64,000 nt of DNA from Brevundimonas sp. (GCF_965279155.1 NZ_OZ257138.1:313210-377209); one strand, 5' to 3'. Counted from the first letter of the stretch, positions 30,910-42,515 are shown. The notes: generated by a model not told the origin, from the letters alone. Program-made: numbers and translations.

Positions 30910-31734
30910 TCAGCCTGTCTCGACCGGAGTGTCCTCGCGGGCGCCCCATTCAGACCAAGAGCCGTCATAGAGCCGTGACGCGCGCCCAAGCTCGGCCAAG
31001 CCTAGGGTCAGAATGGCGGTGGTGACGCCGGAGCCGCAGGTGGTCACGATGGAGCTATCGATGTCCACACCTGCATCGACGAAGGCCTGCTCCAGCGCCG
31101 AACCGCGCTTCATCGTGCCGTCCTCGTTCAGCAGGCGGCCGTAGGGCAGGTTGAGCGCGCCTGGCATATGACCGCCGCGGACTCCGGGGCGGGGTTCGGC
31201 GGCCTGACCAGTGAAGCGCGCAGCGCCGCGCGCATCGACGATCTGGACGCCTTGGGCCAAGGCGTCGCGGACGTCATCGAGCGAAGCGATGGCCTCACCG
31301 GGATCTGCGGCCTCGAAACCGGTCGCGACGACTTCCGATTCGCCAGTCTGCACGGGGTGGCCCCGCGCCAGCCAACGCGGGAGGCCGCCGTCCAGCACTT
31401 GAACCTGCCTGGCGCCCATCGTCTTCAGCATCCACCAGACACGGGCCGCCGAGAACAGGCCGGCCGTGTCGTAGACGACGATCCGGTGGTCGTTCCCGAT
31501 GCCAAGGGCGCCGACCGAGGCCGCGAACGATTGCGGCGCCGGCATCATGTGGGGCAGGGGGCTGTCGCGGTCGGACACGGCATCCAGATCAAAGAAGACC
31601 GCGCCGGGAATGTGAGCTTGCTCGAAGTCAGCGCGGGCGTCCCGTCCGTCCAGATGCCAACTGCCATCGACGATGCGTAGGCCGGGCTCGTCCAAACGAA
31701 TGCCGAGATCTTCGCTGGAAATCAAAAAGCTCAT
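30910..31734 (-). CDS. sseA: 3-mercaptopyruvate/thiosulfate sulfurtransferase
   Basis: HIPGAVFFD, LDGGL, GHMPGA, TCGSGVT, YDGSWSEWG. Confidence 0.9.
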   Translation of the reverse strand: MSFLISSEDLGIRLDEPGLRIVDGSWHLDGRDARADFEQAHIPGAVFFDLDAVSDRDSPLPHMMPAPQSFAASVGALGIGNDHRIVVYDTAGLFSAARVWWMLKTMGARQVQVLDGGLPRWLARGHPVQTGESEVVATGFEAADPGEAIASLDDVRDALAQGVQIVDARGAARFTGQAAEPRPGVRGGHMPGALNLPYGRLLNEDGTMKRGSALEQAFVDAGVDIDSSIVTTCGSGVTTAILTLGLAELGRASRLYDGSWSEWGAREDTPVETG

Positions 31735-32951
31735 GGTCGGGACAGGGCCAGTTGGATGACATCGGTGCGGCCGGATCGGAACCCGGCTTCGCAATAGGCG
31801 AGATAGAAGCGCCATAGCCGCCGGAAACGCTCATCGAAACCGGGAATCCTGCTGATTTCGGACCAACTTGCCTGGAAGCGCTCGTCCCAGCGTTTCAGGG
31901 TGCAAGCATAGTCGAGACCGAACCGCTCGACGGCCTGCCAGGACAGGCCCGCCGCCGAGGTGACAGGCGCCAATCGCTCCTCAGACGGCAGCATGCCGCC
32001 AGGGAAGACGTACTTCTGGATGAAGTCGGTGCGGGCGTTGTATTCCTCGAACAGGACGTCCTTGATGGTGATGATCTGCAGCCCCGCGACGCCGCCCGGC
32101 TTGAGGACATCGTGGACCTTGTCGAAATAGGCGGGCCAGTATTCCTTGCCGACCGCCTCGAACATCTCGATGGAGGCGACGCGGTCGAACTGGCCCTGGA
32201 CGTCGCGGTAATCGACCAGCTCGATCCTGGCTTTGTCGGCCAGCCCCGCATTGAACAGCCGTTGCTGCGCGAAGTCGTGCTGCTCCTTGGAGATGGTGAT
32301 GCCGGTGACATTCGCGCCGATCTCGCGCGCCGCGAACTCGGCGAAGCCGCCCCAGCCGCAGCCGATCTCCAGGACCGACATGCCGGGTTTCAGGTCCATC
32401 ATCCGCGCCAGGCTGGCGTATTTCTCGCGCTGACCGGCCTCCAGCGTCTCGTCATCGCGACGAAAACGCGCCGACGAATAGGTCATCGAGGCATCCAGCC
32501 AGTTCAGATAGAAGGCGTTGCCCAGGTCGTAGTGGGCGTGGATGTTCTTCTTGGAGCCCGTGCGGCTGTTGCGGTTGCTGCGGTGCGACAGCCAGTTGAC
32601 CGCCATCATCAGCCAGTTGCCGTCGAACAGGCGACGAATGTGGTCGTAATTATCGACCAGGGTTTCCAGCAGGGCGGCCAGATGCGGGCTGTCCCATTCG
32701 CCGGCCATATAGCCCTCTGCGAATCCGATATCGCCGGCGGCCAGGACACGGCGCGCGAAGCCGTAATCCTTGACGTGCATCACGCCGCTGGGGCCGGGCT
32801 GCTTGCCTTCCAGCACATGGGCCTCTCCATTCGGCAGATGCACCGTCAGGCGCCCAAAGGTCCAGTTGGAGGCGAGCAGGCGTAGCAGCATCGCAAAGAC
32901 GCGGGGCGTCCGTGCGGCGGCGGCCTTCAGGTCGGTCGTGGCGAGACTCAT
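31731..32951 (-). CDS. cfa: Cyclopropane-fatty-acyl-phospholipid synthase-like SAM methyltransferase
   Basis: HYDLGN, MTYSS, LEIGCGWG, SIEMFEAVG, FPGGMLPS, YLAYCEAGF. Confidence 0.88.
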   Translation of the reverse strand: MSLATTDLKAAAARTPRVFAMLLRLLASNWTFGRLTVHLPNGEAHVLEGKQPGPSGVMHVKDYGFARRVLAAGDIGFAEGYMAGEWDSPHLAALLETLVDNYDHIRRLFDGNWLMMAVNWLSHRSNRNSRTGSKKNIHAHYDLGNAFYLNWLDASMTYSSARFRRDDETLEAGQREKYASLARMMDLKPGMSVLEIGCGWGGFAEFAAREIGANVTGITISKEQHDFAQQRLFNAGLADKARIELVDYRDVQGQFDRVASIEMFEAVGKEYWPAYFDKVHDVLKPGGVAGLQIITIKDVLFEEYNARTDFIQKYVFPGGMLPSEERLAPVTSAAGLSWQAVERFGLDYACTLKRWDERFQASWSEISRIPGFDERFRRLWRFYLAYCEAGFRSGRTDVIQLALSRP

Positions 32952-32969
32952 GATGAACCTTTCTGCGCG

Positions 32970-34424
32970 TCAATCACGGTCGGTCGTGTCGTCGCCGCGT
33001 CCCGACACCGTCTTGAGGGCGTCGAGGGCGCGAGCACGAGCTTGGCCATGATCCAAGATGGGGTGGGGATAGTCTTTGCCAAGCCTGACGCCGGCGTCGC
33101 GCAGCACCTCGGTCGGGGCGGTCCAGGGAGCCTGGAGCCAGCGGTCGGGCAGGGCGCGCAGTTCGGGAACCCAGCGGCGGACATAGCCGCCCTTGGCGTC
33201 GAACTTCTCGCCCTGGGCGATGGGATTGAAGATGCGGAAATAGGGCGAGGCGTCGGCGCCGGACCCGGCGACCCACTGCCAGTTCTGCACATTGCTGGCC
33301 AGATCGGCGTCGACCAACGTGTCCCAGAACCAGGCCTCGCCCTCGCGCCAATCGATCAGCAGATGCTTGACCAGGAAGGAGGCGACCACCATCCGCACGC
33401 GATTGTGCATCCAGCCGGTCGCCCAGAGTTGTCGCATCCCGGCATCGACCAGCGGATAGCCAGTTCGGCCGCGTTTCCAGGCCTCCAAGCCCTTGGGATC
33501 GTCACGCCAGGGCATGGCGTCGTATTCGGGGCGGAAGGCGCGCTCGGGCATGGTCGGGAAATGGTGGAGCAGGTGGGCGGAGAAATCGCGCCAGCCGATC
33601 TCGGCGACGAACTTCTCGGCTTCGGCGGCGGTGACCTTGCCTGCTGCGGCCGCGTCACGCGCGCGTTCAACGGCGCGCCACGGACTGATCTCGCCCCAAT
33701 GCAGGTGCGGCGACAGGCGGCTGGTCGCGGGGCGGTCGGGGTGGTCGCGACCGACGGCGTAGGTCTTCAGCCCGCCGGACAGAAAGTCGGACAGGGCGGC
33801 CGAAGCGCCGTCTTCGCCCGGCGTCCAGTCGAAGCCTTTGGACCAGTCCGGCTCCGTCGGATGCAGTTTCCAGTCGTCAATCGACTCGCTCTCGATGGCA
33901 GTCGGGGTGTCGATCGCGCGCGGGCCGGTCGTGTGGGCGGGCGGTTCGGCCTGGGCCAGCAGCGCCTTCAGGAACGGCGTGAAGACCTTATAGGGGCCGC
34001 CCGTGCCGTTCAGCACCGCGCCGGGCCGACAAAGCAGCGATCCGTTGAAGCCCCGGCATTCGACGGCGTCGGCTTTCAGCGCATGGGCGATCTCGGCGTC
34101 GCGTTCGAACGCCTGCGGTTCGAACAGCCGGTTCATGAAGACGGCGTCGGCATTGGTCTCCTGGATCAGCTTCTGAAGTTGCGACAGCGAATCGCCGCTT
34201 CGCAAAATCAACCGCGAACCCCGGGTTTGAAGCGACGCGTCGAGCGCCCGGAGCGACTTGTCGAGCCACCACAGCGACGCGGCGCCGGTCTGGCGATCCG
34301 GATTTCGATCCAGGATGAAGACCGGCAGGATCGGCCGTCCCAACTCGGCGGCGTGGTTCAAGGCGGGGTTGTCGTGCAGGCGCAGGTCGCGGCGGAACCA
34401 GAGGATGACAGGCTTGGTGGCCAC
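32970..34424 (-). CDS. phrB: Deoxyribodipyrimidine photolyase
   Basis: [51 protein letters not shown]. Confidence 0.93.
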   Translation of the reverse strand: MATKPVILWFRRDLRLHDNPALNHAAELGRPILPVFILDRNPDRQTGAASLWWLDKSLRALDASLQTRGSRLILRSGDSLSQLQKLIQETNADAVFMNRLFEPQAFERDAEIAHALKADAVECRGFNGSLLCRPGAVLNGTGGPYKVFTPFLKALLAQAEPPAHTTGPRAIDTPTAIESESIDDWKLHPTEPDWSKGFDWTPGEDGASAALSDFLSGGLKTYAVGRDHPDRPATSRLSPHLHWGEISPWRAVERARDAAAAGKVTAAEAEKFVAEIGWRDFSAHLLHHFPTMPERAFRPEYDAMPWRDDPKGLEAWKRGRTGYPLVDAGMRQLWATGWMHNRVRMVVASFLVKHLLIDWREGEAWFWDTLVDADLASNVQNWQWVAGSGADASPYFRIFNPIAQGEKFDAKGGYVRRWVPELRALPDRWLQAPWTAPTEVLRDAGVRLGKDYPHPILDHGQARARALDALKTVSGRGDDTTDRD

Positions 34425-34536
34425 GCTGGCGAACTCCGTGATAACTTGCGCTCAACCGTTCAGAGCGCCACCTGATGGCCCAATAGCTGCGGCAAACGCC
34501 GCCTCTACAACACTCGAACTTCGAAAGAGCCGCCTC

Positions 34537-35415
34537 GTGAGCCGACCCAACGCAGTCATTACGTTGTCCGAAGGTCTTCGGACGCCTGTCGTCATCGGCG
34601 GCGGCGCCAGAATCGCCTTTATCGCCGGTCCCTGCCAGATGGAAAGCCGTCAGCACGCACTGGAAACGGCCCACGCGCTGAAGGAAATCGGCGAGCGGCT
34701 AAACGTCGGGATCATCTACAAGACCAGTTTCGACAAGGCGAACCGCACCAGCGCCAGCGCCGCGCGCGGCATCGGCCTGAAGGAGGCCATGCCGATCTTC
34801 GCCGAGATTCGCGAAGTGACCGGCCTGCCGACCCTTACCGACGTCCATTCCGAGGCCCAGTGCGGTCCGGTGGGCGAGGTGGTCGATGTGCTGCAGATCC
34901 CGGCCTTCCTCAGCCGTCAGACCGACCTGCTGCTCGCCGCCGCCGCCACCGGTAAGGCGATCAACATCAAGAAGGGTCAGTTCCTGGCGCCCTGGGACAT
35001 GAAGAACGTCATCGCCAAGGTGGTCGGGGCGGGCAATCCCAACGTCATGGCCTGCGAGCGGGGCGCCAGCTTCGGCTACAACACCCTGATCAGCGATATG
35101 CGGGCGCTTCCGGTGCTGCGTGAGATCGGCTGCCCTGTCGTGTTCGACGCGACCCACAGCGTCCAGCAGCCGGGTGGGCAGGGCACGTCCTCGGGCGGGC
35201 AGCGCGAGTTCGTGCCAGTGCTGGCGCGTGCCGCCGTCTCGGTCGGGGTGGACGCGGTCTTCGTGGAGACGCACCCGGATCCGGACAATGCGCCGTCGGA
35301 CGGGCCCAACATGGTGCCGCTGGACCAGTTCGAAGCCCTGGCCGCGCAACTGATCGCCTTCGACGACTTGGCCATCAAGATCGGGGCCAAGGCGCCGGTG
35401 GCGCAGGCCGCCTGA
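34537..35415 (+). CDS. kdsA: 3-deoxy-8-phosphooctulonate (KDO8P) synthase
   Basis: [43 protein letters not shown]. Confidence 0.96.
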   Translation: MSRPNAVITLSEGLRTPVVIGGGARIAFIAGPCQMESRQHALETAHALKEIGERLNVGIIYKTSFDKANRTSASAARGIGLKEAMPIFAEIREVTGLPTLTDVHSEAQCGPVGEVVDVLQIPAFLSRQTDLLLAAAATGKAINIKKGQFLAPWDMKNVIAKVVGAGNPNVMACERGASFGYNTLISDMRALPVLREIGCPVVFDATHSVQQPGGQGTSSGGQREFVPVLARAAVSVGVDAVFVETHPDPDNAPSDGPNMVPLDQFEALAAQLIAFDDLAIKIGAKAPVAQAA

Positions 35416-35433
35416 ATCCTCTAGGTCGGACCC

Positions 35434-36891
35434 ATGTCTGACACCCTGGACCTGGGCGCCCTGCAAAGTCTGCTGGAGCGCGTGCGCGGCCTGAAGATCG
35501 CCTGCGTCGGCGATCTGATGCTGGACCGCTACGTCTATGGCGAGGTCAGCCGCATCTCGCCCGAGGCGCCAATTCCGGTGCTGCGCGCCGCCCGCACCGT
35601 CGCCATGCCCGGCGGCGTCGGCAATGTGGCGCGCAACATCGCGGCCTTGGGCGGTGTGGCCCGCCTGGGCGCCATCGTCGGGGATGATGCGGCCGGCGCT
35701 GAGCTGACCGCTCTGATCGCCGCCGAGCCCCGCATCGAGGACGCCCTGGCCCGTCCCGCAGAGGCCGCGACCATCGTCAAGACGCGGTTCGTCTCCGCGG
35801 GGCAGCAGCTGTTGCGTCTGGACGACGAAGCAGCACCAGTATCGATCGATAATTCCGATGCGTTTACGGGTGCTTCCGTCTATCTTTTGTCTGACTATGC
35901 CAAGGGCGTGGTCGGCGACGCGCTAATTGGTTCGGCCTTGGCTGCGGCGAAGGCGTCAGGCGCGCCCGTCGTGGTCGATCCCAAGGGACGCGACTTCGCC
36001 CGCTATGGGGCGGTCGATGTGATCAAGCCCAATGCTTCGGAACTGGCCGGCGCGACCGGCCTCCCGGTCGGGACGGACCCGGAGGTCGAGACGGCGCTGG
36101 AGGCCCTGCTGGCCGCCACGACCGCAAAGACTGTGATCGTCACGCGCGCGGGCAAGGGGATGAGCCTGGCGAGGCGTGGTCATCCGGTGAAGCATTTCCC
36201 GGGCCGGGCGCGCGAAGTGTTTGATGTCTCGGGCGCCGGGGATACCTGTCTGGCCGCCATCGGCCTAGCCCTGGGCGCCGGAGCCTCGCTGGAGACGGCG
36301 GTCGAGTTCGCGATCCTGGCCTCGGGCGTGGTGGTCGGAAAGGCCGGAACGGCCGTGGTGACGCCGGCCGAACTGATCGAGGCCGAGCTGAGCCAGCATG
36401 CGACCGCCGCCGTCGCCAAGGTGACGCCGCTGGACGAATTGGCGGCCGAGGTCGAGGCCTGGCGGCGTCAGGGGCTGAAGGTCGGCTTTACCAACGGCTG
36501 TTTCGACATTCTGCACCGGGGCCATGTCGCCTATCTGGCCCAGGCGCGCAGCTGGTGCGACCGGCTGGTGGTGGCGCTGAACACCGACGCCTCGGTCAAA
36601 CGGCTGAAAGGCGACGGCCGGCCGGTCAACGATCTGGACAGCCGGGCGGTCGTCATCGGTGGCCTGGCCAGCGTGGACCGCGTGACCAGTTTCGATGATC
36701 CGACGCCGGTCGCCCTGATCGAACGGCTGCGGCCCGATGTGCTGATCAAGGGTTCCGATTATACGCGAGAGGGCGTGGTCGGTGGCGATCTGGTCGAGAG
36801 CTGGGGCGGCGAGGTCAAGCTGGCGGATTTCAAGGACGGGTATTCGACCACTCGGACTATCGAGAAGATGACCACAGGATCCCAGCAATGA
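35434..36891 (+). CDS. hldE: Bifunctional heptose 7-phosphate kinase / heptose 1-phosphate adenylyltransferase
   Basis: RISPEAP, DVSGAGDT, FTNGCFDILHRGH. Confidence 0.94.
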   Translation: MSDTLDLGALQSLLERVRGLKIACVGDLMLDRYVYGEVSRISPEAPIPVLRAARTVAMPGGVGNVARNIAALGGVARLGAIVGDDAAGAELTALIAAEPRIEDALARPAEAATIVKTRFVSAGQQLLRLDDEAAPVSIDNSDAFTGASVYLLSDYAKGVVGDALIGSALAAAKASGAPVVVDPKGRDFARYGAVDVIKPNASELAGATGLPVGTDPEVETALEALLAATTAKTVIVTRAGKGMSLARRGHPVKHFPGRAREVFDVSGAGDTCLAAIGLALGAGASLETAVEFAILASGVVVGKAGTAVVTPAELIEAELSQHATAAVAKVTPLDELAAEVEAWRRQGLKVGFTNGCFDILHRGHVAYLAQARSWCDRLVVALNTDASVKRLKGDGRPVNDLDSRAVVIGGLASVDRVTSFDDPTPVALIERLRPDVLIKGSDYTREGVVGGDLVESWGGEVKLADFKDGYSTTRTIEKMTTGSQQ

Positions 36892-37889
36892 CGCCTCGCA
36901 TGATCGTCGTCACCGGCGGCGCCGGCTTCATCGGCTCCAACATCGCGGCGCGGCTGACGGCAGAGACGGCCTATGACGTCGTGGTCTGCGATCGGCTGGA
37001 GACCGCCGACCTGGCCAAGTGGAAGAACATCACCAAGCACGCCATTGCCGACTTCTGGTCGCCTGAAGAACTGTTCGAGCAGTTGGAGCGCCACGCCGAG
37101 CGGATCGAGGCCGTGGTGCATATGGGCGCCATCTCATCCACGACCGAGCCGGACGCCGACCTGATCCTGCGCACCAACTTCACCCTGTCGCGCGACCTGT
37201 GGGACTGGTGCACGATCCGCGACGTGCGGATGATCTACGCGTCCTCGGCAGCCACCTATGGCGACGGTGAGGGGGGCTTCAACGACGACGATGATGTGGA
37301 TTCTCTGTCGAAGCTTCGGCCGCTAAACGCCTATGGTTATTCGAAGATGCTGTTCGATCAGCATGCCGTGCGCCAGGCGGATCGCGGCCAGGCGCCGCGC
37401 CAGTGGGCCGGGCTGAAGTTCTTCAACGTCTATGGACCGAACGAAGGCCACAAGGGCGGAATGAAGTCGGTCGTCGCCCAGATCTGGCCCAAGGTCGAGG
37501 CGGGCGAGGCGGTCAGCCTGTTCCGGTCGCACAATCCGAACTATCCCGACGGCGGCCAACTGCGCGACTTCGTCTATGTCGACGACGTGGTCGATATCGT
37601 CGAGTTCCTGCTACAATCGCCCGAGGTGTCCGGCATCTTCAACGCCGGGTCCGGCCAGGCGAGGTCGTTCGCCGATCTGGCGCGCGCCACCTTCGCCGCC
37701 GCCGGCAAGGAGCCGTCGATCGAGTACGTCGACATGCCCGAGGTGATCCGCGACCGGTATCAGTATTTCACCGAGGCGCGCATGGACCGCATCCGCGCCG
37801 CTGGATTTGAGGGGCAATCCACGCCGCTGGAAGAAGGTGTGCGTCGCTACGTCCAGGACTTCCTCTCTACGACCGATCCGTACCGCTGA
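36888..37889 (+). CDS. hldD: ADP-L-glycero-D-manno-heptose 6-epimerase
   Basis: VTGGAGFIGSN, HMGAISSTT, YASSAATYG, PLNAYGYSK, FFNVYGPNE. Confidence 0.94.
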   Translation: MTPRMIVVTGGAGFIGSNIAARLTAETAYDVVVCDRLETADLAKWKNITKHAIADFWSPEELFEQLERHAERIEAVVHMGAISSTTEPDADLILRTNFTLSRDLWDWCTIRDVRMIYASSAATYGDGEGGFNDDDDVDSLSKLRPLNAYGYSKMLFDQHAVRQADRGQAPRQWAGLKFFNVYGPNEGHKGGMKSVVAQIWPKVEAGEAVSLFRSHNPNYPDGGQLRDFVYVDDVVDIVEFLLQSPEVSGIFNAGSGQARSFADLARATFAAAGKEPSIEYVDMPEVIRDRYQYFTEARMDRIRAAGFEGQSTPLEEGVRRYVQDFLSTTDPYR

Positions 37890-38980
37890 TGCGCCGGCTG
37901 ACCTTCAGGCAATGGGTCGGCTATGCGGGTTTCGCCGCCGTGTTCGCCCTTACGGCCGCCGTCGCGGTGTGGAGTGGGGACATCCTTCGCGCCGGGCTGG
38001 ACCCTCAGGTGCCGTTCCAGACCTATCAGCCGCCGCCCGCGCCGGATTATCGGTCGGCGTCGTCCTGGGCGCTGATGGACGAAGGCGCGCCGGACCAGGC
38101 GGCGGTCTTTTTCGTCATGCCGACCACTTTCGATGGCGGCGCGGAGTGGAACGGGCCGATCGACGATGCACGGGCGAACGCCTATTTGCGCCGCGTCGTC
38201 CTGCCGAACTATGCCTCACCGTTTGCGCGGGAGGGCAAGGTCAGCGCGCCGCTCTATCGTCAGGCAAGCCTCTATACGCGTCTGACCCTGCGCGACGATG
38301 CGCGTGAGGCGCGCGCCTTCGCCTATGAGGATGTGAAGGCGGCGTTCTCGCTATGGCTTCGCAACCATCCGACCGGACCGATCGTGATCGCCGGGGCGGA
38401 GCAGGGCGGGGAACTGTCGGCGTTGCTGGTGCGCGATGCGCTTCGCGCCGATCCGAAGCTCAAGGATCGGTTGGTGGCAGCCTATCTGATCGAGACCTTG
38501 GTCAGTCGCGAGATGTTCCAGCAGAGGGTCACGCCCTGCGACGCGTCGGACGAGACAGGCTGTATCGTCGCCTGGTCTTCGGTCGAGGACGGCGACGAAC
38601 CGGCGGCGCGGCGCAAGCTGCGGCGGGCGCTGGACTGGAACGACCGGGGCGAGCTGGTCGGGCTGACGACCGCGCCGATCTGCGTCAACCCGGTGACCGG
38701 AGCGACGCAACAGCCGCGCGCCGAGGCACGCCAGCACAGCGGGGCGACCAATGCGACGGGGCTGGAATGGGGCGCGCGTCCGGCGCTTACCGGGCGACTG
38801 ATTTCGACCGATTGTCGTGGCGGCCTTCTGTGGCACAGCGCGCCCGACGCCGACTTCCTGACCGCCGGGGGAAGCTGGGCGGATCGACGCAAGATCGTGC
38901 CTTACAACCTGTTCTACGGCGACATCGAGCGTGACGTCAGCGTCCGGCTGGCGGCATGGCGGGCCAAGCGCGGCCTTTAG
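37889..38980 (+). CDS. DUF3089-like alpha/beta-fold protein
   Basis: VFFVMPTT, APLYRQA, AYEDVKAAF, CVNPVTG; nucleophile-elbow position reads GAEQG. Confidence 0.65.
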   Translation: MRRLTFRQWVGYAGFAAVFALTAAVAVWSGDILRAGLDPQVPFQTYQPPPAPDYRSASSWALMDEGAPDQAAVFFVMPTTFDGGAEWNGPIDDARANAYLRRVVLPNYASPFAREGKVSAPLYRQASLYTRLTLRDDAREARAFAYEDVKAAFSLWLRNHPTGPIVIAGAEQGGELSALLVRDALRADPKLKDRLVAAYLIETLVSREMFQQRVTPCDASDETGCIVAWSSVEDGDEPAARRKLRRALDWNDRGELVGLTTAPICVNPVTGATQQPRAEARQHSGATNATGLEWGARPALTGRLISTDCRGGLLWHSAPDADFLTAGGSWADRRKIVPYNLFYGDIERDVSVRLAAWRAKRGL

Positions 38981-39056
38981 CCTCTATCCGATCGTCCGGT
39001 TTCTATGGCGCCGCTCGCGTGCAGCGCGTAGGCTGATCGCCTCAGGGAGGATCTGA

Positions 39057-40052
39057 ATGGACGTCACCACCATATTCGCCGGCGTAGTCTTGCTTCTCGC
39101 CATTGTGCTCTTGATCAGCGTGATCAAGATCGTGCCGCAAGGACGTGAATTCACAGTCGAACGCTTCGGCAAATACACCAAGACGCTGAGCCCCGGCATC
39201 GGCTTCCTGACCCCGTTCGTGGAGCGGGTCGGCCGTCGAATGAACATGATGGAACAGGTGCTGGACGTGCCGACGCAGGAGGTCATCACCAAGGACAACG
39301 CCATGGTGAAGGTCGATGCGATCGTGTTCATTCAAGTGATGAACGCCTCGGCTGGCGCTTACCGCGTCGAGAATCTTCCCTACGCCATCACCCAGCTCTG
39401 CATGACCAACCTGCGGACGGTCGTCGGTTCGATGGAACTGGACGAGGTTCTTTTTCAACGCGACTCGATCAACACGCGATTGCTGACTGTCATCGACGCT
39501 GCGACCGAACCTTGGGGCGTCAAGGTCAACAGGATCGAGATCAAGGATCTTACTCCGCCTGTCGACATCACGAACGCCATGGCTCGCCAGATGAAGGCGG
39601 AGCGTGAAAAACGCGCGATCATCACCGAGGCGGAGGGCGAGAAACAGGCCGCAATCGCGCGCGCCGAAGGCGCCAAACAGGCCGCCATTCTTCAGGCCGA
39701 AGGCCGCAAGGAAGCCGCTTTCCGCGACGCAGAGGCTCGTGAACGCGAAGCCCAGGCGGAAGCAAAAGCGACCGCCATGGTGTCGGAAGCCATCGCGCGC
39801 GGCGACGTGAACGCCATCAACTACTTCATCGCCCAAAAGTACGTCGAAGCCTTCGCCGAACTGGCGCGCAGCCCGCAGCAGCGCACCGTCATCGTTCCTG
39901 CGGAAATGGGCGCCCTGGTCGGCACCATCGCCGGCATCGGCGAGATGGTCGGCCTGGCCAAGAACCAAAACTCCGGCGACGCTCCGACGCCGCCGGTCCG
40001 TCCCACACCGCCGCGTCGCCCTGCGGGCGGCGCTGTCCCACCCTCGGCCTGA
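39057..40052 (+). CDS. SPFH/band 7 (QmcA-like) membrane protein
   Basis: VERFGKY, QEVITKDNA, WGVKV, AMARQMKAER, AEG repeats. Confidence 0.92.
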   Translation: MDVTTIFAGVVLLLAIVLLISVIKIVPQGREFTVERFGKYTKTLSPGIGFLTPFVERVGRRMNMMEQVLDVPTQEVITKDNAMVKVDAIVFIQVMNASAGAYRVENLPYAITQLCMTNLRTVVGSMELDEVLFQRDSINTRLLTVIDAATEPWGVKVNRIEIKDLTPPVDITNAMARQMKAEREKRAIITEAEGEKQAAIARAEGAKQAAILQAEGRKEAAFRDAEAREREAQAEAKATAMVSEAIARGDVNAINYFIAQKYVEAFAELARSPQQRTVIVPAEMGALVGTIAGIGEMVGLAKNQNSGDAPTPPVRPTPPRRPAGGAVPPSA

Positions 40053-40069
40053 TCGAAGGACGCTGACCG

Positions 40070-40528
40070 ATGATGTCGCTCGCTGATCTCTATACCAGCC
40101 AGCCGTTCTGGATCTGGCTGGCTATTGGGGTTCTGCTGTTGGCGGTCGAGGCGATGTTCTCGACCGAATGGCTGCTGTGGCCCGCCGTTTCGGCTGGCGT
40201 CGTCGCGGTGATGACGGCGGCGGGCTTGCGGCTAGGTTTGCCGGGCGAAGTCGCCGTCTTCGCCGTTCTGACGGTTATCGCTACGCTTCTGTCTCGTCGA
40301 CTGATCTCCAAGGCCAACCCCGCCGGACCCGACATCAACGACCGCGACAGCCGCCTGATCGGCCAAAGGGCGCGGGTGGTCGAAGCCTTCGTTTCCGGGC
40401 GCGGCCGCGTCTTCATCTCGGGCGCCGAATGGCCGGCCGAGGTCGAGGGCGAGGCGCCGGTGGAGGGGCAGGACGTCGTGGTGACGCGCATCACCGGGTC
40501 TTTGTTGACGGTCCAGTCCCCCGTCTGA
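40070..40528 (+). CDS. NfeD-like (YbbJ) partner of the SPFH protein
   Basis: TM N-terminus plus OB-fold GRGRVFISGAEW; directly after SPFH gene. Confidence 0.85.
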   Translation: MMSLADLYTSQPFWIWLAIGVLLLAVEAMFSTEWLLWPAVSAGVVAVMTAAGLRLGLPGEVAVFAVLTVIATLLSRRLISKANPAGPDINDRDSRLIGQRARVVEAFVSGRGRVFISGAEWPAEVEGEAPVEGQDVVVTRITGSLLTVQSPV

Positions 40529-40559
40529 AACGACGCGGCCCGAGAGGCGTTCGTCAGGA

Positions 40560-41957
40560 ATGACAGCCAGCCAGAACGCCGCCTCGGACGGCCTGCCCAC
40601 GCCCAGGCGGTATTGGGCTATCGCGTCCATCGGCCTTGGGATCACCCTGGCCGTTCTGGACGGGGCTATCGCCAACGTCGCCCTGCCGTCCATCGCCCAG
40701 GATCTTCAGGCGTCGTCGGCGGCCTCGATCTGGATCGTCAACGCCTATCAGATCGCCATCGTCGTCGCCCTTCTGCCGCTCGCGTCGCTGGGCGAGATCG
40801 TCGGCTATCGCCGAGTGTCACAGGCGGGGCTGGCCGTCTTCACCCTGGCGTCCATCGCCTGCGTCTTCGCCAACTCCATCGAGGCGTTGAGCCTTGCTCG
40901 CGTGATCCAAGGGTTCGGCGCGGCGGGCATAATGAGCGTCAACGGCGCCCTGGTGCGTTTCACCTATCCGCACAGCCTGCTGGGCCGCGCCGTCGGCATC
41001 AACGCCGTGATCGTGTCCCTGGCGGCGGCGGCCGGGCCGACGATCGCCAGCGCGATCCTGTCGGTCGGACATTGGCGCTGGCTGTTTGCGCTGAACGTGC
41101 CCATCGGGCTGCTGGCCGTGTCGCTCGCGGGGTTCACCCTGCCGCATAATCTGTTGCAGAAGCGCAAGCTGAACTGGACCGGGGCCGCGCTGAACGCGGC
41201 GGCGTTCGGCCTGGTCATCACGGGCTTGCAATCCTTGGCGCATGGCGAGGCGGCCGTGTTGGGGTTTGGCCTGACGGGGGCAGGGCTGGCGGCGGGCGTC
41301 TTGCTGATTCGCCACGAGCGGTCGCGGGCGTCGCCTTTGATCCCGCTGGATCTGTTGGCGCGGCCGATGTTCAGCCTGTCGGTGGCGACCTCGATCATCT
41401 CCTTCACGGCGCAGATGATGGCCTTCGTGGCCTTGCCGTTCTTTCTTCAAGGATCTTTGCGACTGACGGCGGTCGAGACGGGCCTTCTGATGACGCCTTG
41501 GCCGCTGGCGACGATGATCGCGGCGCCCTTGGCGGGTTATCTGTCGGATCGATATTCGGCCGGCGTGCTGGGCGCGATCGGCCTGAGTGTTTTCGCCTGC
41601 GGCCTGATGGCGCTGAGCTTCCTAAATGCCGATTCGACGCATTTCGACGTCGTCTGGCGAATGGCGGTGTGTGGCGCAGGATTCGGCTTCTTCCAGTCGC
41701 CCAACAATCGCGCCCTGTTGTCGGAGGCGCCCAGGGAGAGAGCCGGCGCGGCGGGCGGCACGCTGGGCATGGCGCGGGTCTTGGGGCAGTCGCTGGGCGC
41801 GGTCGTGGTCGCCTTCCTGCTGTCGGCGGCGCCCATCGACGGGGTCGTGCACGGGTTTCAGATCGCGGCCGTCACGGCCCTGTTCGGCGCGGTCATGAGC
41901 GGATCGCGCGTTCGGCGCCGTCCGGCCGAGCCGGAAAAAGAAGTCGAGGCGGTCTAG
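40560..41957 (+). CDS. MFS transporter (DHA2-like)
   Basis: [45 protein letters not shown]. Confidence 0.9.
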   Translation: MTASQNAASDGLPTPRRYWAIASIGLGITLAVLDGAIANVALPSIAQDLQASSAASIWIVNAYQIAIVVALLPLASLGEIVGYRRVSQAGLAVFTLASIACVFANSIEALSLARVIQGFGAAGIMSVNGALVRFTYPHSLLGRAVGINAVIVSLAAAAGPTIASAILSVGHWRWLFALNVPIGLLAVSLAGFTLPHNLLQKRKLNWTGAALNAAAFGLVITGLQSLAHGEAAVLGFGLTGAGLAAGVLLIRHERSRASPLIPLDLLARPMFSLSVATSIISFTAQMMAFVALPFFLQGSLRLTAVETGLLMTPWPLATMIAAPLAGYLSDRYSAGVLGAIGLSVFACGLMALSFLNADSTHFDVVWRMAVCGAGFGFFQSPNNRALLSEAPRERAGAAGGTLGMARVLGQSLGAVVVAFLLSAAPIDGVVHGFQIAAVTALFGAVMSGSRVRRRPAEPEKEVEAV

Positions 41958-42406
41958 CGCCGCTTCAAATCCGCCACGCCGCGATTCGCCAGCTGGTCCG
42001 CGCGCTCGTTCAGCTCATGGCCCGCATGCCCCTTCACCCAGCGCCACTTCACGTCGTGGCGCAGACGGGCGGCGTCCAGGCGCTGCCACAGGTCGGCGTT
42101 CTTGACCGGCTTCTTGTCGGCGGTCAGCCAGCCGCGCGTCTTCCAGCCGCGCATCCATTCGGTGATTCCCTGCATGACGTATCTGCTGTCGGTATGCAGT
42201 TCGATCTTGCAGGGCCGCTTCAGCGCCTCCAGCGCCATGATGGCGGCCATCAGCTCCATGCGGTTGTTGGTGGTGTTGGCTTCGCCGCCCCACAATTCCT
42301 TTTCGTGACCGCCGCCGGTTTGCAGCAGTGCGCCCCAGCCGCCGGGGCCCGGATTGCCCTTGCAGGCGCCGTCGGTGTGGATGATGACGTGATCGGAGAG
42401 ACTCAT
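41954..42406 (-). CDS. rnhA: Ribonuclease HI
   Basis: [42 protein letters not shown]. Confidence 0.97.
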   Translation of the reverse strand: MSLSDHVIIHTDGACKGNPGPGGWGALLQTGGGHEKELWGGEANTTNNRMELMAAIMALEALKRPCKIELHTDSRYVMQGITEWMRGWKTRGWLTADKKPVKNADLWQRLDAARLRHDVKWRWVKGHAGHELNERADQLANRGVADLKRR

Positions 42407-42515
42407 GGTCGCGCAGACCTACAGCGTCCCTTGGCGTGGGGCCATCACTGCGCCTATATGCGGATCGAAGAATAGTGGATGGGATCGATCATCGGTTCCT
42501 TCGAGGAGATTACCC

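Noticed and set aside
34425-34536. SigE/RpoE (singlet-oxygen) promoter for phrB-cfa
   Set aside because: The gene pair suggests this regulon, but no TGATCC-type -35 element is visible on the minus strand upstream of phrB.
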